64,000 bases of DNA from Octopus vulgaris. Lineage: Eukaryota. A model generated the notes under the pieces. It did no database searches and was not told where the DNA came from. It was given only the letters and a program-made list of their open reading frames with translations. Positions 27,016 to 38,622 of this stretch are shown here, in pieces. The stretch is taken from the NCBI GenBank assembly GCA_951406725.2, contig OX597822.1, positions 49,848,001-49,912,000 of the forward strand. Direction: 5' to 3'. Within the stretch, counting starts at the first letter, position 1. Each line of letters starts with the position of its first letter. The position numbers and the translations under genes were made by a program.

Positions 27016-27448
27016 TATCATACGATTTACTAAGTAATGTGTTCGTGCGCGCGTGTCTGTATGTCTTTGGACAAACGAACACCTCTGAATCCTCGGCATA
27101 TTCAATCCCTCATATTCCTAATTTACATACCTATAGTGCCCCGACATGTAATGGAACATGGAATCGCGTTTTTTTAAGCATAGCTTCTTAGCAACCATCC
27201 CATGCATTGGTGCAGAATTCAAAGCAGTATTAGACTACATCAATATCATTCCAAAATATAAATATACAGAAAAACAAGAGCTAGAAAAATATCTCTCCAA
27301 ATGAGCCATAACACACCACCATATCATTATGACACTATATGCGTTACATTAAGATGGAAAGAAAAGTCAAAAATCAATACTCAAAACATTACAAAATAAA
27401 AAAAGTGTTCATTCCTGTTTTACATTTTTGCTATATGTTGCAGAGAGT

Positions 27449-27581
27449 TGATGATGATGATGATGATGATGATAATGATAATGATGATGATTACGATGAT
27501 GATGCTGATGCTGATAATGATGATCATCATCATGATGTTCATATTGAAGATAATAATAATAATAATAATACTAAAAATAAA

Positions 27582-27643
<62 letters not shown>

Positions 27644-27657
27644 GAATGATAATAATG

Positions 27658-27716
<59 letters not shown>
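27449..27716. repeat. (GAT)n/(AAT)n compound microsatellite
   Basis: Directly visible. Confidence 0.95.
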
Positions 27717-27717
<1 letters not shown>

Positions 27718-28029
27718 GTAAACTTTACAAGGTGATATAGAATCATTAAACGTGTTACGCAGGAGTGATTTTCAAGGATGTACCTGCCATTCTGTGAGGG
27801 AATTAACAGAGACAGACCTGATATGAGAAACTAGAAATGAAGCTGTTTCGTTAAGTGCCATTTGACATAATATCTCGCAAAACACTTTGACGAATGATTA
27901 AATCAATAAATACATAACTACTCACATACATATATTCACACACCCATTCACAGAAAAAAAACATATACTCCAGCATACGCATACTAAAATAGACCACACG
28001 CATATATGTTTCTGCGTGTGTGTGTATAT

Positions 28030-28046
28030 ATATATTATGCATATGT

Positions 28047-28078
<32 letters not shown>

Positions 28079-28143
28079 GTATATGCATATATATATATAC
28101 ATATATGTATATGCATATATATATATATATACATATATGTATA

Positions 28144-28188
<45 letters not shown>

Positions 28189-28440
28189 GCATATATATAT
28201 GCATATATACATATGTATATATATATATACATATGTATATATATATATACATATGTATATGTATATATATATATACATATGTATATATATATATATATAC
28301 ATATGTATATGTATATATATATATACATATGTACATGTATATATATATATAGACGTATATATTTATATTTATATATATATGCACGCACACACACACACGT
28401 ATATATATATGTATATGTATATATATGTCAATCTATCTTT
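28030..28440. repeat. Complex (TA)n minisatellite with TACATATGTA/TATGCATA units
   Basis: Directly visible alternating purine-pyrimidine array. Confidence 0.9.
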
Positions 28441-30039
28441 ATATATATGTATACACATTCACACACATATGAATATACATTTATATAGAGAGTACGCATA
28501 TACCCATATTTACGCCCATATATATATATATATATATATTTATTATATATATGTTTATGCGCACATACATATATAGATGTGTGTGCATATGCGCACAAAT
28601 ACATGCGCGCACACACACACATATCCATTACAGAGACACATTTGCACACCAGCACATGCACAATGATATTTTGAATAAATTAATGTCTAAATAAATCCAT
28701 AAAATAGGTGTTGTGTTTTTAAGAGAGGATATGGATTACGTCAACAATATTGACATTTTCAAGGTTAAATTTTGTTATAGTTTGGTGGAATACTACCAAA
28801 AACAGCAGTAGCAGCTGATTCTGTAGATAGAGTGCAGTACATGCAATAGTGGAACACTGTTCTCTGCTATAATGTTCTTTCAAGAGTAGTAATTTGAATA
28901 ATGGGGATGTGGAGATGTTTAAATATCTCTTGCTTCAATTTTTTCCATCTGCCAAACAAACCGAGTAGAATCTGTGTATGAATGGTATTGGTTTAGCTAT
29001 GGTAAGTTGGCAATTGTATGACTTCCTCCCACGTAACTTTACCGAAAGTATTAGTAATATGATTGTGTCGAGATGTGGGCAACTGTTGAACTTAATGATT
29101 TAACGTGAGTATGATGTTGTACATGGAAGTCTTTTAAGAATTTCTAAGTAGATAAACTCTTTAATTCGATTAATCGCTGTTGACAAGTACGGAAATATAT
29201 AGCAAAAAGTGTTTCCTAAATTTCTATTTTAGCGCTACATGGGGGATAGAAGGAAACTATGAAAAAATAATTAAACTGAAAATTAAGAAGTGAATGAAAT
29301 CCAATCACTATCAATTCTAGTTAGGACCATTATTGTTAGGAACGATTAAGTGACGAATGAAATTTACCGTTCTATTCAATTATGCACAATTGCATTATGA
29401 GTTCAGGCCCTGAGGAAATTATCCTAATTTTAAAAATTTCTGGTGTAACATTAGAATCCCTTTTAATAAGGCTCCCACTGGCCTGCAGAATCTCTCTCCA
29501 AAATTAAATATCCTTATTTGTTGATAGTTGGTTATTGGAAGGCAGAGACGTTGAGCGGTGCCAGATTCAGCGATTACCTGCATTCTGCTATCACACCTTG
29601 TCAGAGTAACTTTTTCTTTTTGTATATTGTTTCGATTCACTAAGGTTGAGACTTTTGTGGGTAGTAGACAGTTGCTGAATAAATGTCACCAGTGTTTAGA
29701 GCTTGATACAACATCAGATAGATTAATAACTGTAATTGATTAAAGTCAATAATATTCTTAAGAAAAGCATGTATATCATGTAATTTAATTTCCCCTCCTC
29801 AAAACATCTCAGACTTTTATACCTCAGCAACAAATAACAGGTTTCTTATTTCGTAGGAGCAATATTGATTATAATCACTTTTAAGCATGATGGCTGGTTC
29901 ACAAAACAAGAAGCTGAAGAAATTATTTCATGTAGGATTTTTTTATAATTTAATCAGTGAAGGAGAGGTGTGCCCATGACCTTTTGAGTAGCACCTAACA
30001 TGCTGCCAACATCTGCAAATCAATGTTAACAGAAAACAA

Positions 30040-30150
30040 CGTGAGCTGAGAAGAAAATGTCGATGGGGAGGTCTGATTTGATTGCTCGAAACAGACTGAA
30101 CATTGTTAAATACTGTAATAACCAGGTGTTGTTAGTGGTGGTGGCGCTAA
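30040..30150 (+). mobile_element. Possible piggyBac-like transposase remnant
   Basis: AEKKMSMGRSDLIARNRLNIVKYCNNQVLLV resembles the piggyBac segment K.M.RG..D......IV.W.DN..V; short and decayed. Confidence 0.35.
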
Positions 30151-30952
30151 AACAAGCTCATTAGGAATACTACCCAAAATATAAAACAGTTGCTTGCAAT
30201 ATAGAAACTATTAACTGTAAGGATTTTCATGTTAATTATTCATCTTGTCTGATATATTTACTGCATTCTAAATAAACCCGAAGATAAACTATTCGCAGTG
30301 TACAATCAATTTTAAAGACTACGATGTTCAAAGTGATGTATTTTTTATAGACATATATTGTGATTTGAGTGAGATTTAGCTTCTATTTCTAGCAGCTTCA
30401 GCAGTGACACAGAGGCACCCTTATTGGCTCGACGGCCATTATGTGTGTCTCATTGAATTTAGATCAATGAAAAACAACATTCAGAAATACATACAAATGA
30501 AATTTAGAAGAGATGTGGGGGGGGGGGGGGTGCCTGGGATGGGTCATTTTTCACTTCACTTTACTGGTTATATTCATTGCGACAAAAATTCGTAAATACA
30601 CAAATAAAACAAAAACAAAAAAAAAGTTATCGATTGGTCTAATTGGTGATTGGATACGGAGGCTTAACATTGAAATTGTCTCTCATAAACTAATCCATTG
30701 GCAGCAAAATCTTTTTATCCACCTCACATAGTTTGACCTGTTTTATCCAATTGTTCGTAGCGCCATATTACTAGGGTGTGTTTGTTTGTTTGTTTCTTTA
30801 CTAATGTTGTTCACTTTTCCTTTGTTGCTTGGCTTGTTTATTTCATTCTGTTCATCATTATCTGCTTTCAACTTTTCTTCTTGATTCCTCTCCACTGTGA
30901 TACCTATGGAACATCAACATAGAGAACAACACCAACAACAATAAATAGCACA

Positions 30953-30953
30953 G

Positions 30954-30998
<45 letters not shown>

Positions 30999-31155
30999 AG
31001 ATCCCTATTCAATTTCGTTTTGAGATCCCCTTCTTGGCGACCTTTTCTCCTCCTTTTCCTACACTATCATAATTTTCTTTTCGCTCGTTGCTATCCTTCT
31101 CCTTCTACTACTACTACTACCACTACTACTGCTGCTGCTGATGCTGCTGATGCTG

Positions 31156-31223
<68 letters not shown>

Positions 31224-31302
31224 GCTACTACTTCTTCTTCGTCTTCTTCTTCTTCTTCTTCTTCTTCTTCTTCTTCTTCTTCTTCTTCTTCTTCGTCTTC
31301 TT
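30953..31302. repeat. (TAC)n, (TGC)n and (TTC)n microsatellite cluster
   Basis: Directly visible. Confidence 0.9.
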
Positions 31303-32570
31303 CTCGGAGATGTAGGTGTAAAATATGACAAATATCTCATCAAAGACACTCCAGCCACAACCACCTCAGTTTTTCCTATATCAAAGTCTGCATACTCTAC
31401 TATGTGTCACCTCAATTTCCACGCAAGAACACAAAATTTGGTAGTTTATTATCTGATATGTTTCTGATCTCTATAAGTTAGACTTACTGAATAGAGTCCG
31501 TCATTTGCTATTGAAACCTTTACTGCTATTCAGGCCCATGAAAGCCCTGATAGAGCAAGTATTTGACAAAAGGCTTTCCAACCGTGACCATACTGTCTTT
31601 TTATCAGAAATGAGCTAAATGGATCTACTTTACCAAAAATGGCTGAGATGTTTTTGTAGTAAATGTACACGGAAAAATTATCTATATTATTGATATTAAT
31701 CGCAACGAAGTTGTTCAGTTATTGACATTCATACGCAACATGAATATGTTCCATAACGGGCAAAAGTACGTTTTTGTAATTTATATCGAATCTCTTCGCA
31801 ACATGTAAGAATCATATCAGCACAAAAAATGCTCCTTAAAAGCTTTTAAGGAGTAAAGAGAAAAAAAAATCTATACGCCGTTTTGATTGACAGCTATATT
31901 TCCAAAATTGCTGTTTGCCTCTTCGCTTGCCAAAAATAATTCGAGAATTCTTCCAATTTGATATGACAAAATATGTCATACTACATGTCAGATGTGTTTG
32001 TATATATACATACATGGATGTTTGTATGCGTGCGTATGTGTGTATTATATGTATGTGTGTGTATATACATATGTGTGTGTGCGGTTTTGTTGAGAAAGAA
32101 GGATGAAATATGTATTATAACATTCACATACACGTTTATATATGCATAGTTTCCTCAATATATCTGTGTACATATACAAATTCATAGCGAGAGAGATTCA
32201 CACATACGTATGTATGTCTAAACGAGCATACACATGTGTATATATGAGTATGTATATTCACACATACATAATAATGCATACAAACACACACACACATAGT
32301 AAATGAAAGACGGCAGATGGAATCTACGAGAATTTATTATTAATCACGACAATTGTCTGGACACATTTAGCATCGATCATTCACGGGTGGGACACTTAAT
32401 TTAAGTTTAGATAGGAGACTTTAAATGAAGTAACCAAACCTTGTTTGGGGTATCTCCCTTGAGAGAAGGTTCAGCACTTAGGGCTACCAGGTGCCATCCG
32501 CGGCGTACTGCGCATCGTCGCAGGATACAGTTAAGAAATTCCTCAGTGCACGTTTAGTACATTTAAAACG

Positions 32571-33068
32571 ATTGATAGTGAAGGCAGAATGTACTGTAAG
32601 CTTTATTTAACACGACGATCGTTTTGGCTTACATCTGCATAGAATGACCAAAGATGCGAAACAAACCCCCAGTAAATTCTCGACAGCTTGCCACGAATGA
32701 TACGCATAACGAGCTATCAAAAAACCCCACAACCTTTAGAGCGCTTTCCATTGAAAAGCGATTGTGGCCTTACCATTTAATCTTTGTATTTGATGTTTTG
32801 TAGTTTTTACCTACCACTCTCCGAATTTATACCAGCCACAGTGACTCATTATTGGATTTGTGAACTACTATAAACAAACGCAGCATACCAACTTCATCCT
32901 GCTACACACAGTACCAAAATATACATATTATAACACTGTACCGTATTGCATAAACCGATGAGGATTGTTCTGTAATGTGGGATGCATTCAAGGGAGCAGG
33001 GCATATGTAAGCTGAAATGATCGTCGTGCTAAATAATACTTACATTACACTACGCATTCGCTATCAAT
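32571..33068. repeat. Segment bounded by ~68-bp imperfect inverted repeats carrying hammerhead-like 3' halves
   Basis: The reverse complement of 32571-32638 (GCAGATGTAAGCCAAAACGATCGTCGTGTTAAATAAAGCTTAC...CTATCAAT) matches 33001-33068 (GCATATGTAAGCTGAAATGATCGTCGTGCTAAATAATACTTAC...CTATCAAT). Confidence 0.65.
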
Positions 33069-33148
33069 TATTTAATATAACACACATACACACACACACA
33101 CATATATATACATATGTATAATATATATATATATATACATACACACAC

Positions 33149-33225
<77 letters not shown>

Positions 33226-33276
33226 CATATTATACATACACACATACCTCACATTCACACACACGCACATAATATA

Positions 33277-34150
33277 TTAGCTCAGTAGTCCGTCGTTGCA
33301 GTACAATTTTTACTATAGAATGTCTTTATTTCAACTTCTTGTTTCATTCCATGTCAGACCATGTCTTCCCCAACGGAAAGGACTCTTGATCTGGACGAAT
33401 TCCTGCATTATTTGGGGCAATTTATAATGTCTTGTCAAACGAAGATTTGTTTTTCCATTTAGTGCATAGATGTAGAAATTTTACTTATTTCCTGCTCTGA
33501 AAATGTAGCTGATCGTTGGAAGCAGGGCTCTTCAAGGTGTAGACCGGCAACCGAAAATGTTTTCCCTTGCGGTTTGTTGATGGCCATGGCAAAATTAAGA
33601 CTCAGTGAAAATTGAGGGTTTTTTTTATTTGAAATTTGACATTGTTTCCTGAGTTTGTACGACGGAGGCTATTATGGGTTTTCCATCTATGCTTGGAATT
33701 GTACTGCTTTGTGGGAGATTTTTGACTTTGTCTCCCTAATAAAATTGCTTACACACATGCATACACATACACCGACACACTGACACGCATACACTCACAG
33801 TTTGAGAGACATACATATTCAGAGATAGAGTGAGAGTGAGAGAGAGGTAAACAGATAGCGTGAGCTAGATATACCGACGTCAAACCCATCCACCCACCCA
33901 CCCACACACAACAAACTTAGTTAATCATGAGTTTAAGATGGCGGCTTCTAAAGGAATTCAATTTTGGCGATCTGGAATTTGAATTATTTCTCGTAGAAAA
34001 TTATAATTTTAGGTTACTAATTACTAAAAAGCCCCTCCTTAGTATGCAAAGCTTGAAAATCAAATCATTTTCTCTCTAGGATTTCTCAGAGCATTTCTAT
34101 GACATACTCATATACACACACTCATACACTCACATTTATATAGTAAATAT
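33277..34150 (-). mobile_element. Non-autonomous Helitron carrying a PIF1-like helicase C-terminal fragment
   Basis: Minus strand 33430-33640 gives QFSLSLNFAMAINKPQGKTFSVAGLHLEEPCF..QL..SRAGNK*NFYIYALNGKT (consensus QFP+RL.FAMTINKSQGQT...GL.L..PCFSHGQLYVA.SRV). A decayed 3' end TGCAACGACGGACTACTGAGCTAA lies near 33277. Outer limits are approximate. Confidence 0.7.
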
Positions 34151-35544
34151 ATTCAGCCATACACGCACACACACACGCAACACATGTATATTAAATATGT
34201 GCACTCATTTTGTAACATTAAAGCGAAAGAAAATATACGTTATAGTTACGGGAGAATTGCACAATTATAACAGTGAACATCGTAGCCCGAAGCCTAATAA
34301 TCAGGAATAATATTCCCAAGACTTGCAAAATTGTGAGTCTAATTCAGAAAGACTTATTACGCTAGCATATAAGAATGAAATTTGTAACAGATCTACTGTC
34401 GATTGAGATGATTATCTGAATATATTACGGACACTAATTATAAAGAATATTGTAATGAAATCAGAACATTCTTTTACTAAATGAGCTATCTATAATCATT
34501 ATTAATCATCAGTACACGTGCTTAATTATTGATTAGGTGTATGGGAGACGAGATACACTCGATAATATCGACTGAAAGAATTGGTTGGTACTTTAATGTA
34601 TCGATCTCCTAAGAGAATGAGTATATACAAAGGCAATCTCCATTTTCTGCTACAAGAAGGCGTAACACGCTGCTTCAGGTTGGTTGTGGTAAATTCTGTG
34701 ATGTCCACAAGTGCATGATTCCCTTTCAAATCATTATGCCAATGATATAACCCCTTTAATGTCTTCCTTTGATCTCTCTGTATTCTTTATCCTACCATTA
34801 ACTCTGTGAGGGTCTCAGTTCTTGGCAGGTGGTGGTCAAACTTAATATTCCTTTATAAATCTAAGATTCCTTCAACACTGACCTAGATTTTCTGTCACCA
34901 CAGAAATAAACTAACCTTTGTCTATGGTGTATTTATGTATTCTTACTCCTCTACTCCCTTCCTCCCATTATGTCCTTTATTTGGGCTGAATCTGCTTCGC
35001 CGACTTTTCTTGCTACTACAAACAAATTCTGTTTGCAACAACTTAGTTGTGAAATGAACCGGCGTGTGACCAGCAGCTCTCCTCATGTCTCCGGAAATTA
35101 TACCTACATTTTTATGGATGGATTCACCTTCTCTGGGAAGTTAACAGTCTGTTTAAAAACTTTATATAAAACTGTTCATCATTAGAAAGCATTTTAAGTC
35201 TGCTTATAATTTGACTTTAAATTTCATAGAACTCACTCCTAATACTTCATGAGGATAATCAAACTCTCTAGGATGTCTGGAAAACATATATGTGATTTAG
35301 CTGATGAAAACTGGTTATTTGTATTTGCTGCAATATTTGCAGCTTCAAATAAAACTGCTCTTAGTATGAAACAATTGTACTAAACTACTAATCCATTCTT
35401 GTTGCTTTTTCTTTGGTTATAATCACCCCACATTATTTTATGGTTAATACAATAAAGAATTCTGGTGCATCTAAGTTAAGTACCATATTCATTTGAATTC
35501 ATTAGAATTCACTTGAATCTTAATTGTTTATGCTATATATATAT

Positions 35545-35960
35545 ATCAAGAACATTCCCTTCATCAGTCGCCCCTGTTTCATCTACCCCGCGTTTCGAAC
35601 GTAGGGATAAGACCCGACTTCGTTAAAGCAGTCGTTCCCACAAAGCAAATTAAAGAAAAATTTGGGATTTGCGGAGGATTAAAGTGGTGACAAAAACAGG
35701 ACTGAGAACAAACGGTAAGGGCTGTTAAGCCATAAAGAGGTGAAGTGTGAACGCTGGAGAATCGAGCTTTGAGAAGAGAAACACAAAAGCACGTCTTGTA
35801 TTTAAGAATAAAGTGGAAGAAATAAAGACAGACACCCGTTGGTCAGGTGTGAGCAACGAGAGAGTCAAGGAGGAAGAGTGAGGGGAGATAAAATAGAGAT
35901 AGTTTGTAGAAAGCGCATCGGAATTATTAAGATAACAGTTACTTGGAAATGGATGCGTGG
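35545..35960 (-). repeat. PLE-associated 3' repeat with hammerhead-like remnants
   Basis: Minus strand TTAACGAAG..TTCGAAACGCG and GACTGATGAAGGGAATG truncated by (TA)n. Confidence 0.4.
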
Positions 35961-35969
35961 TGCTCGATC

Positions 35970-36029
<60 letters not shown>

Positions 36030-36104
36030 TGAAAATTATTATGTCTCTCTAAATTTCTATTATTGAAAACAAGTGGGTGTATTCCACCGAACCTAGGTAA
36101 ATAA

Positions 36105-36241
36105 AACCTTCGAACAGAGATTGTCAGAAGCGACACCTACTGGTCTGGCTACGCTACATTGAAAAGGGGCAATACCCCGAAACGCGTCTGTAGCTGCCGG
36201 TCAAGTAGTGTGGAGCGACTGACCTCCCTTGTTCGAAGGTT
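36105..36241 (+). ncRNA. Type I hammerhead ribozyme (U3-A8 core variant) at the tip of a long hairpin
   Basis: GGC-TAC-GCTACA-TTGAAAA-GGGG-CAATA-CCCC-GAAA-CGCG-TC-TGTAGC-T-GCC (36147-36198). Outer stems are CTAC/GTAG, GTCAG/CTGAC and a perfect 12-bp AACCTTCGAACA/TGTTCGAAGGTT. Confidence 0.85.
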
Positions 36242-36357
36242 ATATGGATACAGTTTGTGTATCAAATAGCTAACTTAAGGCGATGGCCTCATGGAGCTAA
36301 TAAGCGGACATCTTTATTCTTATTTTTATAAGAATGCCATATTAGTATGGCGATAAC

Positions 36358-36392
<35 letters not shown>

Positions 36393-36783
36393 TATATACA
36401 TACATATATGTACATACCTACATACATATGTATATATACATGCATATATGGTTACAAGACGTCAACAAACGTGAAAACATCGAGAAACGAGAACATAAAA
36501 AACAAAAACATTGTAAATATATAGACAAATATACACACATTCTCTAGACAGCCTTACACAGGTATCCTTGTGCTGATTTAAACCTAATCAATAACAGAAC
36601 ATACAGAGAAACACGCGTACATTAGCCTCAAAAACACGTCTTTGCACAAACATACCTATGTTCTCTCCCTTGCCACTCACGCCTCCAGGGCCCTCTTCCG
36701 CTTCCAGTTATTAGAGCATGCAGTAACAGCAATTGAGATACGTTTGTTCTGTTCTTTTTCCATTTTTCTGTCCTCGTCTTTAC

Positions 36784-36817
36784 TTTCTGTAGATGAGCGT
36801 ATGCTCGAAAGGTAAAA
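36784..36817 (+). ncRNA. Minimal hammerhead-like motif, CTGTAGA core variant
   Basis: TTT-CTGTAGA-T-GAGC-GTAT-GCTC-GAAA-GG-TA-AAA; homologue at 48827. Confidence 0.5.
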
Positions 36818-37851
36818 TACTTCTAACTTCTATTGTATTTTACCTCAACATGTGTGTTTTATTTTATGCCCCATATGTGTATTTCCCTATCGCTCCTATT
36901 CTATATTTTACATATATTTTCCTTTTAAGTATTCTTCGCTCTCATCCACTTTCGATCATTAATCTTTCGTTATGTAATCACAGAAAGAAACGTAATCGTT
37001 GACAGTTTAATAAAATCAGTGACATGAAACGAAATATACAAATGATTAATTACACACCAACACTTTTCTTTCTCTTTTTCTTTCCACAGTTTCCCTTATT
37101 TTTAGTTCACTTTCTCATTACGTTATGAATTGACTCAAAATCCTTGAACCTAATATTTCTCTTCCCATAAATTATATGCGGTATAAAACAAAACATCCCC
37201 TTGTCACTTGAACAAAGTAACAAATGTTTTGAAAAGAGAGAAAACATTACTTATTAAACTATTTACATATTATTTATAAGTTATTTTATAAATCACATTT
37301 GTTATATAGGAATTCGCGTAATAAGTAGTTAGGTTACTTGAGGTAATAATGATTCAAACTATATTTAATGATTTTCTTACCAAAATTAATACAAAATCAC
37401 CATTCTATTTAAATGTAAAACTTCGTATTTAACGATATTTGTATGTATGGCAAATTGATTAGTCCTATACAACCGTTTGTCTTCGCCCGCTTCGATGAGC
37501 AAAAGTTGTTGTGATTACTTTTGTTGGTTATTTCAAGAGGGAGAATTTTTTCAAAAAGTGATTTTAAGTATAAGTAAACAAAAATATGCGGATAGAGTAA
37601 AATGAGTAACTGGAAGACAAATATCGCTCATCTGTTAAAGCTTAATTAAAGCAAGGCAATAATAGCAAAGTAATTAAAGCAGCAGTATGATCAAATTATC
37701 CTCCTGCTCTTTATCCTTCTCCTCCTCCTCCTTGTACTACTATTACTACTCGTATACACGCATACGCTCAGAAAGATTTATAAAACATAAGAGAATGTGA
37801 AGAAGGTATACCAATGTACTTTCACTTGTGAATCGGTTGTAACTACAGTTT

Positions 37852-37937
<86 letters not shown>

Positions 37938-37955
37938 CATCTATCTATCTACCTC
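37852..37955. repeat. (TATC)n microsatellite
   Basis: Directly visible; similar arrays at 46788-46880 and 54655-55150. Confidence 0.95.
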
Positions 37956-37971
37956 TCTCTCTCTATCCCTT

Positions 37972-38030
<59 letters not shown>

Positions 38031-38492
38031 CCTCACACACACACACACGAGTACCTGGATAGCAATTGCATACATATATATGTGCACGCACACAAACACA
38101 GGCAGAAATACACGTGTGTGTGTGTGTGTGTGTGTGTGTGCAAATTCCGGGTAAGTACACAGTATTTTGATACGCAACTATAATATAAATATATTAAACG
38201 CATTACAGGCCAATACTGCACCTTAGCATCTTATCAGTGCGATTCAATCACTTTTGAAAGTTATCTGTGCCAATTTTCTTTAGACATTAGAGCCCACTCT
38301 GAAACTTACGCCTTTTTATTAACGATCGAAAATACAAAAAAAGTAATGGGTATATATGCATATTTCAGAAGTTCTGGCTCCTCTTTCACCACCCCATTCC
38401 AGCCATTAACCGTATAAAAACACCTGTCACGTATTTTTCTATATCTTTCCCCACCTCTCCCTAAATACATATATATATGTGTGTATGTGTGT

Positions 38493-38535
<43 letters not shown>

Positions 38536-38563
38536 TATATACGTTATTTAAAAGCGGCAGAAA

Positions 38564-38622
38564 TTTAACAAAAGCTGTTACTCGGAGTTTCACGTTCCCG
38601 TTCGTCACACAGTTTTGTTAAA
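38564..38622 (-). ncRNA. Type I hammerhead motif with C3>G substitution
   Basis: Minus strand TTTAACAAAACTGT-GTGACGA-ACG-GGAA-CGT-GAAA-CTC-C-GAG-TA-ACAG-C-TTTTGTTAAA; all three stems pair. Confidence 0.7.

Noticed and set aside
34560-35400. Possible retroelement remnant on the minus strand
   Set aside because: One weak motif (GEADSAQI); insufficient for a call.
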